A DNA stretch of 63,978 nucleotides, counting the filler, from Diploschistes diacapsis (taxonomy: Eukaryota): NCBI GenBank assembly GCA_023645945.1. It is 4 parts of 4 records of this genome, joined end to end, with 100 filler letters (N's around TTAATTAATTAA, not from the genome) between each part and the next. Parts side by side here need not be neighbours in the genome. Positions count along the whole stretch, not along the records: positions 16,547 to 32,979 come from JALAIB010000507.1; positions 33,080 to 49,510 come from JALAIB010000508.1; 2 more parts are not named here. One strand, given 5' to 3'. A program made the position numbers and the translations under genes. Shown piece after piece: positions 23,400 through 36,200 of the stretch; within the stretch, counting starts at the first letter, position 1; every line of letters starts with the position of its first letter. The notes beneath the pieces are model-generated. The model was not told the origin of the DNA. It was given only the letters and a program-made list of their open reading frames with translations, and did no database searches.

Positions 23400-24833
23400 T
23401 CAGACTAAAATGGATACTGCAGTCTCTTCCGTACTTGGGCTATCATGCCCATCAAGCCGAGCCAGATTCCTATCGCCACCAATCAATCCAGCTGTATCAC
23501 GAATTATAGCAGGAGTGGGCTCGCTAAGAGTTATGTATGGCCTGGTATCAGATCGGTCCAAGATGCTTTCCCTCGAGGTAGGCTCGATAGGGAGATGTGA
23601 TGCAGGTGGAGTGCGTCCAGATAACCATCCAGGCAAACGTCTAATGACCTTTCTGTTTAAGGAAGGCCAGTCCCTACATACTACCCTGATAGCTGGGATA
23701 CAAGGTATAAGAAGTCCAAAAGTCATCTGGCTCATGCTGCTTCCAAGTTAGTGGGGGAGATTGCTTGCCATGAAGATCATACCTGGACACTTTAAGCCCT
23801 CCTGACGCCCAGGTAAAATCAAGATTATCCCAGGAAGTGAACTTCCAAAAAAACCGGACAGCACTGGCACTGCAGACCCTAAAAAGTGATCAGTCAATGC
23901 CGATAAGCTGGCGTATCTTACGTATATACCAAATACCCAAAGCTAACATTACTAATACAGTTTTCCTTTTCCGCCTTCCCAAGCGGAGGGACCAAAGTGC
24001 AGGCAGCGGAAGAACGAGCAGAAACAGATCACTGGCAAAGTTGTATGCATCCATTTCAAAGCTTGGCGACTGGTTCCTTTGACAAGAGAGCATAGAATCC
24101 GTGGAGGCTTTGGAGGGCTTGCAACCTGCTTTGTCCTTGTAGACGAACACCTGCAGACCTAAGGATGCTAGAGCGAAAAGACTCGTGGATATAAGCCCTG
24201 CCTTGGCCCAAAGCCTTAACCACCTTATGCGGCCAAAGATTTCTAGTAGCAACAAGAACAGTGGGAGCTTGATAAGACAGATGAACGGTTGGTATAGGAT
24301 CTCGATGGCGTCGAATAGCTGATGGAGGTGAACAGGCTATACAAGCATCTTATGGGAATGACGAAGCGCTTACTGCCAGTTGCTGATTTGTCAGATCGCT
24401 CTGCCGAATATCCCAGGCATGTTTGCCAAATGTTCCCAAACTGTAGACTGTTCGTTGTCAGCCATATAATGCAGAAACATGCAGGATGAGTACTTACGTG
24501 CAACGAGCAAAAATATATAGATTATGCCGGCGAGCTCCTACGGTTAGCGTTGCCCGAGTCTTGGATTGAAATTTCTCACTAAACCCACAACAAAAGCATC
24601 TGCTGGTAATGAGTGCTGCTCGCCAAAACCTGGAGTAAAACGGACTACCTACAATCATCCTTCGTTTTCCGCATCAGGCGTTGCTTCGCATACCAGCGGA
24701 CAGCAGAGAAGGACAGAATAAGGAAGATACTGATCGAAGCCGTAACGTAAACGAAAAATGCTTGGTCTTCAGGGTCTTCGAAGTTCGACTTCACGCCTTG
24801 CGGAGGCTCTTGAAGAGGCTGATCAACAGACAT
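23400..24833 (-). CDS. PTH11-like (fungal rhodopsin-domain) 7-TM integral membrane protein, multi-exon
   Basis: EPPQGVKSNFEDPE, VRWYAK..DD, FGKHAWDI, LYQPFICLIKLPLFLLLLEIF, NFASDLFLLVLPLPALWSLRL..RKRK, DFTW, FGLLIPCIPAIR. Manual splicing across six GT-AG introns keeps the frame. Confidence 0.82.
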
Positions 24834-25283
24834 GCTACGGACGATGAAAAGCGCGACGTGTGCAAGGAAGAAAATTGAGCAAACCTCAACAGCAACAAGA
24901 ATGGTGAGAGCTGCCAGAACACAATTTTCTGGAAGAGAGCATGCTTCTCACCCTCAGTCATTGCCACATACTCCACAATCGAGAGTTGCCTACTCTGGTA
25001 ACACAACATGTTTATTATCGTAGTATGACGGAGCCACGGGCATAATCTGCAGACGTTACTACACGCACTTGGCCAGATCAGCAGAGTGTGATAAGCATTC
25101 TGGCATTGCTAAAGACGCTGCGCCTCAGTCAATGCGAGAATGTAACGAGGCCTATCACAAAAAGAGATAACAATGCGCGAAGGAGAAGGCAAGAAGATAT
25201 TTTTCCGATTGTCTTCACTGGATCCACTGTATTCACACCCTTCAATATCTATTTGTTACGTAATCGCCAAGTTGCTGGACTTA

Positions 25284-25493
25284 ACGTCTTTCCCCAGGAA
25301 ACGGAACACCCCACGAAGCGGAACACTACATTATAATGTAATTACGCTAGATAGTTTTAAGCGAGCTTTTGAGCCCCACAACCACACATAAAAATTATTT
25401 GTACGAAACTAAATCTGTTTTCAACTACATTATACGACAGTGCAGGGATTGTGTTCCGCTTCGTGGGGTGTTCCGTTTCCTGGGGAAAGACGT
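25284..25493. mobile_element. 210-bp Tc1/mariner (pogo/Fot1-type) MITE, copy A
   Basis: Perfect 43-bp TIRs starting ACGT (25284-25326 and 25451-25493), flanked by TA on both sides. Confidence 0.92.
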
Positions 25494-26058
25494 TATTAAA
25501 AAAAGATTAACCAAATCAGGTTAGCGTTAACTTGGTTTACAGCTGAACTAAACCAAACCCAGCCAAGTGGCATCCAGTCAGCCTGTCTTGCTCAACGGCT
25601 CAAAATCGGAGCAAAGAATTAATTTGAAAGAAAGTACCAATATAATCTAGGACGTCAAAACGTATAAGTGCTGCAGTTTTGCTTAACTTCAGATCTGTAT
25701 GCCCTCCGTCAAAATAAAAAAAAGAATGAATGGAGCATTATGAAGCGTTTTGGTGCGAGATGGCGTGTGCCGACAACTTCTGTCATGGGGCCTCAGCCCT
25801 ATTTTATACTTGTATACTTTGACCTGAAGGTGTCTTGCTTATCTGGTTCTTGCGCAATGTCTTTTTTACTTTCAACATCTCTTGTTGATCCCATACCTAT
25901 AGATTACAGCATGTTGAAACTGTTATTCGGTCGTTTCACGATTTGGAATCACGGTTACTATCTCCAATTCAGTCGATATAACATTAAGGCAAGACCTTAT
26001 TATCGACTAACAGCATCGGCCGAGTGCGTAAAGACGGTATGAAGATCCTATCTGAACG

Positions 26059-29000
26059 ATGTCTGCCGAACGCAGAGATCGAGACGTTGACTCAGTCCTG
26101 GAGTCGAGTAAGAGAAGGAAGCTTCGGACTGGTTCAAAACATGCTACGTCAAACGCAATCGAGCTGTCCACTGCCGGCGTTCAAAAATTGTACTCGCGAG
26201 ACGACTATACTGTCGGATGGATATGCGCTCTTGCACTTGAGATGACTGCTGCCAAAGCAATGCTAGAGGAACTTCATCCCGATCTTGAAAGTCAGGTGTA
26301 TGATAGTAACGCATATACCTATGGGAGTATCTCCGGGCACAACGTGGTCATTACGTGCCTACCTTCTGGAGTCTATGGTACGACTTCTGCTGCCACGGTT
26401 GCCACCAAGATGCTATCAAGCTTTGATGCAATACAGATTCGGATGATGATTGGTATAGGAGGAGGAGTGCCGAGCCTGGACGCAGATATCCGGCTTGCCG
26501 ATGTGGTGGTCAGTAATCCGACCCCAAATTGCACGGCTGTTGTGCAATATGACCACGGAAAAACTACAAAAGATGGCCGGCTTCAACGCACGAGCAGTTT
26601 GAACAAGCCACCGCAGCTGCTACGCAGCGCTGTCTCCAATCTTCGTTCGGACCACGATCTCATGGGAAGTCAGATATCCGCGATCCTCACTGAAGTTAGA
26701 TCCAAATGGCCTCGCTTGGCAGCTTCGTATGCCTATCCCGGCTAGCACAATGATATCTTGTTCAGAGCTGAGGAAGAGCATGTTGCTTCTGGGAGCGCTT
26801 CAAGTTGCGAAAACTGCAACAAGTGCAAGCTCACCGAGAGATCTAATCGCGAACATGACGACCCCTGGATAAATTATGGTCCAATTGCTTCGGGAAATCA
26901 AGTGATGAAGCACGGCTCCACTCGTGATCGAATAGCTTCTGAACTCGGCATCCTCTGTTTTGAGATGGAGGCAGCCGGGCTGATGGACAGCTTTCCTTGC
27001 CTCGTGATTCGTGGCATCTCCGATTATGCTGTTTCGCACAAGAACCATCAGTGGCGAGAGTATGCTGCAGCCACAGCGGCAGCATATGCCAAGGAGGCTT
27101 TTATTCAAAACAACACCTGTGCCTGTAACTTCAAAAGTGCCTGCTGATCATACCTTCGCTACGCAGTCTCGGGTGGGATGGCGACAAGCGCTTATGGAAA
27201 GTTTACGCTTTGATCAATCTGATGCTCGTCGAGCAACTGTCAAGGATGCCCATGTACGAACGTGCGAGTGGCTTTTGCGCCATCCAACGTACTTTCAATG
27301 AATCGATACGGGTCAAGTGGCTCGGCATCATGGATTTCTTTGGATCAAAGGCAAACCTGGAACTGGAAATCCGACGATCATGAAGTATATGCACATGCGT
27401 ACTAAACAAGTTAATGGATCATTCAAGATTTCTTTCTTCTTTAATGCCAGAGGTGAGGATCTAGAGAAGTCAACCCTGGGAATGTATCGATCCCTCCTAC
27501 TTCAATTACTTGAAGCCGCTCCTGAGCTGATTAGCGGTCTTGAGCCTGCCAGACATTGCTCGGGAGCTTGGAAGAACGGCCAGCAATGGAACGTCGAATC
27601 GCTCAAGTATGCTTTTTGTCTCGTTGTCAAGAGTTTCAAGCAACATCACCTGATATGTTTCATCGATGCGTTGGATGAGTGCGCCGAAGACGAGGTCCGT
27701 GACTTGGTTGAGTTTTTCGAAGAGCTAGGACAACTTGCAGACTCGACTCATGTACCGGCTTCATGTCTGTTTCTCTAGCCGGCATTACCCGCATATTACG
27801 ATGGAGCGAGGGTTGCATTTGACATTGGAAGATCAGGACGGCCACTCCGATGATATAACAAGCTACTTGTCCAACAAATTAAAGGCTGGTCGTGGTAGGC
27901 AAGAGGATCAGATCAGGGCGGAAATACACGAGAAGTCTTCTGGAATATTCTTGTGGGTTGTTCTTGTAGTGCAAATACTAAACAAAGAATTCGATCGAGG
28001 CCGCATACATGCATTGCGTAAGAGACTACAGGAGATTCCAGCAGGACTAGGAGATTTGTTCAAAGACATGTTGACCAGGGACAGCGAGAACGCTACAGAA
28101 TTGCTGCTCTGTATCCAATGGATCTTGTTCGCAAAACGACCACTCAGGCGTGAGGAGCTCTACTTCGCAATTATGTCGGAGGTAGATCCCCAGTCGTTGG
28201 GTGCCTGGGACCCCGGTGAACTCACTCTCGATGCTATTGAGAGATTCATTCTAAGTTCCTCTAAGGGACTGGCTGAGATTACGAAGACCAAACCCTATTC
28301 TGTTCAATTCATCCACGAATCTGTGCGAGATTACCTTCTTAAAAAGGACGGACTGCGTCAGCTCCGATTTGACGGGCTAGGAGATTTCCTGGGTTCAAGT
28401 CATGAACGATTGAAGGTGTGCTGCCACAATTATATCCAGGTCGACATTTACAAAATTCTACCACTTGAGGTGCTATTGCCTCCTGCCTCCTCCGAGAATG
28501 CTACAAAGCTTCGCAGGTCAATGGCAGAGCAGTTTCCGTTCCTCGAGTATGCAGTACACTCTGTCCTATATCACTCAGATGCAGCAGAAGCGGAAGGAAT
28601 TCCGCAGATCTCTTTTATAGAGATGTTCCGTTCTCCGGATTGGATCAGACCCAACAACGCTCTCCAGGGGCATCAAACTCGTCGCTATACGTAAGTTGTC
28701 AGTCTGCTCTATATTCTCGCTGAGCTTGATTTGCCGAATCTGATTACTATGCACTTGAAGCATCTCGAAAGAACACATTTGAAGGATGAGCGGTACAGCT
28801 CGCGGTACGGTTCGCCCCTGATGGCAGCTCTAGCAAACGGCAACCACAAAGCAATGAAGGCACTTCTTAGGGTAGATGAAACTGCTCGATCTTGTATTTC
28901 CCCCCAAATTGATAAAGAGCTATCTAAGCTAGTCAATATGGCGCGTCGTGTCAAACCGAAGAAAGGTCAAGAGTTCCTCTCATTCGTGGCTCAGCATGGT

Positions 29001-30319
29001 GCAGAGGCCATATTAAGTTTACTGCTCGCCGCAAATGATTCCTCGTACATTGTCCCTGACCGGTCCGGGCGGACGGCGCTCCATTACGCAGCGGAGAATG
29101 AGCACGAGGCCATAGTTCGTTTGATACTCGAAGCAAGTGAGACTTCCAACCATCGCACGGTAGCACTCAATCGCAAAGACAGCAAAGGGGACACGGCTTT
29201 ACATTTGGCGTCGTATAGGGGCCACGCAGCTATAGTGAAACTACTGGTCTCTTCTGATGCGGTTAATGCTAATATTGCAAGTGAATTTGGCATGACGCCT
29301 TTGCACGCCGCCGCAATATTAGGCGACGAAGATGTAGTTAAAGTATTACTTGCCTAACGCTAGTCGAATGCGATCTCAGAACAACAAATGAGAGCACACC
29401 CCTTCATTACGCAGCAGCGCATGGCCGAAAAGGAATTGCCATGCAGTTACTCGCTACGGGGAAAGTTGATTGCAATTCTCGCGATGGTACTGGCAAGACA
29501 TCGTTGCATCATGCGGCAAAGAAAGGCCACGAAGCAGTGGCTCAAGTGCTGCTTGCAACGGACAGAGTTCTTCTCAATGTCGCGGACGACAGTGGAGCCA
29601 CTCCGTTGCACTTGGCTGCGCGCAATGGCCATCTCCTAATAGTAACAAGGCTGCTTGGCGCAGAGAGTCTCGATCCAAACGCTCAGGACTCGTCCGGGCA
29701 GACACCATTGCATTATGCAGTGATGCATGGCGGGACAACTTCAAGTCGCTCTTCACTAGACGCAGATGTGATTGTTCTTGATGCAAAGGATCACCCAGAC
29801 TTGGGTCAAGGCAATCACAACTACAAGGATTGGGAAACGCTTGCGCCGTTCTCTTCGGCCGCATCCGCTGCGGAGAGAGACGAAATAAAGCTGCCTCTCG
29901 TTTCTAGGCCGGATGACGTTGATTGCCTGGGCTCACTTACTGACGCGGCCTCGTTACTGGCAGTAAAGGAAGCTATAAACATAGTTGGCCTGCTCCTTGC
30001 GGATTCTCGTATCAACCCCAATATCACAGATATGTTTGGGAATACGCTTCTATTCAAAGCAGTAGAAAGCCGTTCCTACGATATGACTCGAATACTTCTT
30101 GCCACTGGCCGATTCGATCCCAACCAACGAAACTTCAAGAGAATCACGGCAGTGTCTTACGCTAGAAAGACTGGACTCCACGGCATACTCAACTTGTTGA
30201 AAGACTACAAAAGAACCAATGGCTCCCGAGCAGTAAGCAGGCGGCGAAGTAAGTCGAAGGAACACGGCAAATCAACGCTGGCAACCGAGCAATTAGTGAG
30301 CCCACCGGAAACCCAGTGA
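26059..30319 (+). pseudogene. Fungal NLR-like gene: PNP_UDP_1 effector - NACHT - ankyrin repeats; disrupted
   Basis: [46 protein letters not shown] (PNP_UDP). FLWIKGKPGTGNPT, SFFFNARG, FIDALDEC, SSGIFLWVVLVV, VQFIHESVRDY (NACHT). About 10 TPLH-type ankyrin repeats. Stops at 26743, 27299, 28692 and 29355; frameshifts near 27097, 27755 and 29360. Confidence 0.92.
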
Positions 30320-32135
30320 AGACAGCTTTGCCAAGCACAGAAGGCAGAAGAGACTTTGGGAGTGAGCCTATGGTAACATGCTGTAATCAGAGATGGGGTA
30401 GCCTCGGAACAAGGTAAGCAGTTACTGAAGCCCGACTTTGACTATCATTGACTAATAGATTAAGCAAATGGAACAAAGTAGAGCGATGGCACCCATTCCT
30501 GGCAGGGTCTTATGATTTGCTTTGGATTAACATCGCATTTGGTGCTGCACGTTTTGGCTGTATTACACGCAGGCTTCAGATCTGTATATCGGAGAGAAGT
30601 TGTGGAACAGTCTATGGTGTGGTCTTCTTCGTTTCGGTCTGGTTATGGAATCGCTCTTGGTGACCTACGATACTTATATGGAGAATAGCCGACTTCATCA
30701 ATCTAGCTATGAAAGAAGCTTGGAGGAGCACTCTGATGCGATCAACTCCCAAGCATCCTGAGCTACTATCCTGCACCAACATAGCCCTACTCTTCATCTG
30801 GTTATATCCTAGTGATATACCCATCGTCACTGGCGTCATTAACACTGCTGAGGATGGCCTAAGCATCCCCCAAGGGATAAAGTTTTGATATACCTGTGCT
30901 TCGACCCACCACACAAGTACTTATAAACCGGGTGGGGGTGGACGGAACTTGCAAGTGGCCGTGGAGTCACTCGGACGAGAAATTCATTTTCATGCATGGA
31001 ATTTGGCCTGTGTTGTGAGATTAGCCTGCAGCTCGGACTCGTTCACTTCCTCCACCATCACCAATGCTGTCGCAGCACACTCTCATATGTGGGGCTCTGC
31101 GGTCTTTGCGCGACGTCGACATCTTGGAGTATCTCAACGCGTCACGCACGCGAGGAACAACTTGAGATATACAACAGAATCTCGCGGACAGAGGAGACCG
31201 GTACCAAGTGTCTGCAGTGGAATAGGGGACCTCGGAGCGTGAGAGCGTAAGCGAGACAGGTGAGATGGAAAAAGTTGGTTAGAGGAGGACTTCTGAGTTC
31301 AGAGGCAGGGCCATGGGAGTTCATTATAACTCATTTTGGTGGAAGAGACAGCGAAGACAGGGCAGCACAAGCGTAGTACTATACATTAGACCAGGCCTAT
31401 ATTAATACCATCGGAATATTGACTATTTGGATCCTACTAAACCACTCCTGTCAAAACAGACCGAGCGACGTCCATACCTGTAACTTCCAAGCAAGACATA
31501 TCCCCCTCAGTTAAAGTCAACGAGCAACGCAAAAATAGGACAAACATCTCTTTACCATTCACAGAGTATTTGAGTATCGTGATACAGCCAATAGAGGATG
31601 TTTGTTTGCTGTTGCATGACGCAGGCCTTGCTCAACCTACTACTATATGCGCCAAGCCAACGAACTGGGACGAACTGTCAATGATTTCGTAGAGTTCGAT
31701 GCAGATCAAAATATGCATGCTTATATTTTAGCGCCTGGTGGGCTTTTAAAATGATTTAAGTCAGGGTTGATGTTGACAGCGAAGTGCGTTGACCAGCCTT
31801 TATGAGGATATTTTATCCTATTGCTCCCAGAAGCGACGAACAAGTCGAACATGGCCGAAGTAGTGAAGGCAGTGGCAATGACAGCACGCTTTGTATTACG
31901 GTTGCTGGAGTACCTGAGATGAATCGAAGGAAGCAGAAAGCAAGTGCCCGAGCAGCAATTCTCTGTCCGAAGCTACAGAAAGCCATCATCGGGCCGTCAT
32001 ACTATGTACGCAAACATTGACATTCCATCAATATCCCTGATATGCATCTAACACACAGCCTTTATCAGCGTTGTCTACTTCAAAGACTTTACGTAATAAT
32101 CCCTGCTGGAGGACAATAGAAATACCCTGTCAAAC

Positions 32136-32979
32136 ATGCCGCGGCGGCACTCCCTATCACTCCACTGGCCCCTCCACCGAAGGCGAGCTTCCCAGTCCCA
32201 GCCATCTTCACCCGTGACGCCCCGGACAAACGATCCACAGGATGCATCTCCAAGATCTGCCACGGACCCAGCCTCGTCCCGGGCGGAGACGAACCTGCGC
32301 CTCAGCAAAGCAGAGATGCGAGCCATGGCCAAGGAAGCATGGAAGGAGCTCGACCAGGTACTCGAAAGCCACTGGGAATGGCCCCCCTCGCCAGACCATG
32401 CGGAGAGCCCTCTGCTGGGGTTCAACATAGCGCGAGACCAGCTCTACCGGGAGCGAGAGCAGAGCTTCACGCCACCGCCACCAGACGACACTGCAGCGAG
32501 CATAGCCACGCACTACGCCTCGCTTGAACGCGGAGGAAACGGCCTCGATGCTCACGAACCAGCCGCAAGCGAAGACGAGACTGGCACGTACGTGACGGAT
32601 ACGGAGAAGAAGCGAAAGCAGCACGAAGACACGCTGAGCGAAATGGCGTGGAACGACGGCCTGCGCACCTTTATCGAGCGGCGGGACGCCTGGACGGGCG
32701 CAGTCCGAGCCGCTCTGCCCGCGGGCACGGAGCCGACGCACGACAACGTGCTCGCCGCGCTCGAGCCACCAAGGCAGCCGTCGCGCTCGTTCCGACGCCG
32801 CCGCTCTCTGTCTCGCGCCGAGACCGGCTCCAGCCGCAGCAGCCGCTCCTCCGGCTCTCCCGCGCCCGCGCACTCGCCCAACGGCGCCGCCGCCGCCGCC
32901 GCTGCCGTGGACTACGAGCGCGGCCCCAAACCCGGATCGAGATCGCCGCCCCCCGTCTCTCGACCCCACCACCCACCAA
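32136..32979 (+). CDS. Gag1-like clamp / DUF4050 family protein (truncated at contig end)
   Basis: LESHWEWPP and EMAWNDGLRTFIERRDAWTGA motifs; open into the spacer. Confidence 0.65.
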
Positions 32980-33079
32980 NNNNNNNNNNNNNNNNNNNNN
33001 NNNNNNNNNNNNNNNNNNNNNNNTTAATTAATTAANNNNNNNNNNNNNNNNNNNNNNNNNNNNNNNNNNNNNNNNNNNN
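32980..33079. other. Artificial contig spacer N44-TTAATTAATTAA-N44
   Basis: Identical 100-bp linker. Confidence 0.97.
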
Positions 33080-33209
33080 AAATAGCACCAAATGACCCTC
33101 CTACCCCTCCTCCCACTAGCATTACCCGATCCATGCAACCTGATCCGGGGCCGTGCGCCCAAGAACGCCGAGCGCCCAGCACCAAAACGCCCCGACTCCG
33201 GGGGTCATC

Positions 33210-36200
33210 TTATTGTCGGCCAGCCCCCCAGATGCTCTGACCCATCGGCAGAGCCCAGGCGTTTCCAACCATCTTTCCTCCCCTACTGCGTAGGGAAGAG
33301 GCTCCACCGCGCATCTGCACTGGTGCACCGCCACCGGCGGAGCTACCTGCGCCATTGGAACCGGAAGCATTACCGACGCCACCGCCGCCGTTCCCGCCCT
33401 TGACGATATCGCTGAAGCTCATCCCCTTCTTGACCCTCGCCGACTCGCTCGACGACGCCGAGGCGCCGGACTCTTTCCTCTCGCGCTGTTGTTGTTTCTC
33501 GCCCTCGTTTCCGTTTTCGTTGTCCGAAGACGCGTTGCCCGTAGAGCCAGTGCTGTCCGGAGAACCCGACGATCGACGATGACGGCTCTTCTGCGATGAA
33601 CCCTTCGGCTTGATGGAGACAAAGACGGCCGGGTTCCAGTTCGAGAGCTCGGAGGTGGAGAGGCCGAGATCGGCGGCAGCGCTTGTTTGGGGAAACGAAG
33701 AGCGGGAATGGGGGAGCGGGATCTGTGTTGGCGAATGGGTGGTACTTTGGGGGGTGTTTTCGGGTGTTGGAATGACGGTTGCCGAAGGAGCTGTTGATGA
33801 GGACTTTGGTGAGAAATGTCGAGAAAATTCGGGAGTGGTCCCAGGCAAGACCTTGGTTGAAGTCTTTGGGGAGGTCTTGGGAGATGCTTTCGTAGAAGCT
33901 CCGGGTGGTGCCTCTGTCGAAGCTTCATGAGAGCGCTTAGTGGACGTCTTCGGTGAAGCTTGAGAAGATGACTTCTGAGGGCTTTTGATCGAAGCACTTT
34001 TCTCTCTCTTCCTCGACACACCTTCGATGCCGATACCTAGACCTTGTGGCGGTGTGGAAGGGCCAGCCTCGTCATCAGTGCTAGAAGAGCTCGGACCACC
34101 CTCAGTTGCGTTGGCATTCTCCGGTTTTTCACCTTTATTTTCCATCGTTGGTGGCTTGGTTGAAGTCCACCCTGACACAGTGCCAGGACCAGTCTCGGCC
34201 TCCATTGCGGCGTTGCGTTGGGGAACATACAGGCTCTCCTTCTGCTTGTAGTACCACTCGATTTGCTCCGGCAGGGGCATACTTGCAGGATCAACCGGCG
34301 GCACAGCCGGAATAGCAAACCCACTATCTTCCTTTGGCCCTGATCTAGCTAGTCCAGAACCCGGCTCAGGTTCCTTGCTCCAAGGGCGCGCCATACCTGG
34401 CATACTAGCCTCGTCGGACTCAGGCACGGGCAATTCGGGGTCCGGTTTTGGCTTGATGCGATACGGTCGGGGCATGGCCATGATCTCACTAGGGTCTTTG
34501 AAAGAATTGCCCTCCTCCTGCCATTTCTTAAAGATCATTTCACTGCGAAGACTCTCTACCCTAGCTTCCTGACGTTTTTCTTGTTCTGACATGTTTTCCT
34601 CATAGGGTGGAGGAAGATCTACCGCTGGCCTTGGTGGTAGAGCATGATTTGGCCTCGGGGCTGCAGGTGGCTCTGCCGAGACTTCTCTATCCGCGCCTAG
34701 TAGATTCCCCAATATGGCTCGCACACTGCTAGATCTGGCTGGAGTCGGGACTGGAGATATCTGGGTTACCGGCTGTGTCAAGAGGGATGAGCTTGACAAG
34801 GGACCATGGACCTCGTATGAGGGTGGATCAGGCAGGGCCTCACCCGACGGAAAAACTTCCTCAAGCTTTTTCCTGTTCTTCTTATTTCTTTTTTTTTTGG
34901 ACTTGGACAGAGTCGGCTGAGGAAGAGCTGTGACGTTACTGGCTTCACCAACTGTTTGGGCAGATGATATTGGCTTCTCCATGTCAGCCACCTGCTTTTT
35001 CTCGGCCGATGCGGTTGGAGCGTAATTTTCTCTCTCGTTTGCATCTTCCTTGGAAGTAGCTGATTGCTCCTGTCCCGAGCTGGAAATAGGTACAGCAGAC
35101 AGCGGACTATCCATCACGTCCCCAGCTTTGCTAACTGTTTGGGCAGATGATATTGGCCCTTTAATGTCAGCCACCTGCTTTTCCTCGCCCGATGCGATTG
35201 GAGCGCAACTTCCACTCTCATTAGCATCTTCCTTGAAAGTAGCTGATCGCTCTTGCTCTGAGCTAGAAACAGGTACAGCGGACAGAGGGGAATCCATCAT
35301 CTTACTAGTCTCAACATCTTGCTGGAAAGATGTAATTTGCGGCTGAGTATCAATGAGCTGTTTTTCCTCAACCGATGCAGCTGGAGCGTAGTCTTCGCTC
35401 TCGTTAGCATTTCCCTCCAGAACAGCTGATCGCTCATGCTCTGAGTCAGAAACAGGTTCAGTCGACTGAACAGAACCCACAACATTACCAATTTCAAGAG
35501 CTCCCTGAGTCGACGACAATGGCACTTGATTATCAACCAGCCGATTTTCCTCGGTCGATGCAGTCGGAGCATAATGTCCACTCTCAGCCGCAATCTCCCC
35601 ATGAATAGCTGATTGCTCGTTCTCTGCGTTAGAAACAGGTGTGCTTGACAGTATATCATCATCAGCTTGTAGTGTTACGCTGCTGATTCGTGAGTGATCA
35701 TCGAAGTCTTTATCCTTGATCAAATCTTCTGCACCAGCTTCAACAGGTAGATTAGGGACTGAAGCATGCTCATCCTCATGTATGAGGTCCTCGGTCTTCA
35801 ATGCCTCAACCGCCCTACCCTTTGCTTCAGAAGCTGTGTCCTTAGCCTTGAACTTTCCCGTGACGTCCAGGGAAACTGGGGAAGTAACGATGCCTTGATG
35901 AGTGCTTTCCGACATAGTATTAGGAACGGATGTCGAGGCACTTGGAGTACTCTTGGACGCAAATCTCTTGTAAAATTCAGCCTCTTCTTCGCTGAACGAA
36001 CCGGTTGTAGAATAAGCCATAAGCTGTCGGCCGCAATCTTCGCTACTTTCTGACTTGGTATCTGGAACCTGCTTAGAGGCATCCTGAGAACTGCGACCCG
36101 TAACCATTTTGTAGAATTTAGCCTCTTCATCGCTGAACGAATCCGTTGGAGAATAAGCCTCAAGTCTTCGGCAGTAATCTTCACTGCTTTCGGACTTGGC

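Noticed and set aside
26743..29357. Programmed readthrough or A-to-I editing rescuing the NLR
   Set aside because: Editing cannot fix three frameshifts or the broken Walker A.
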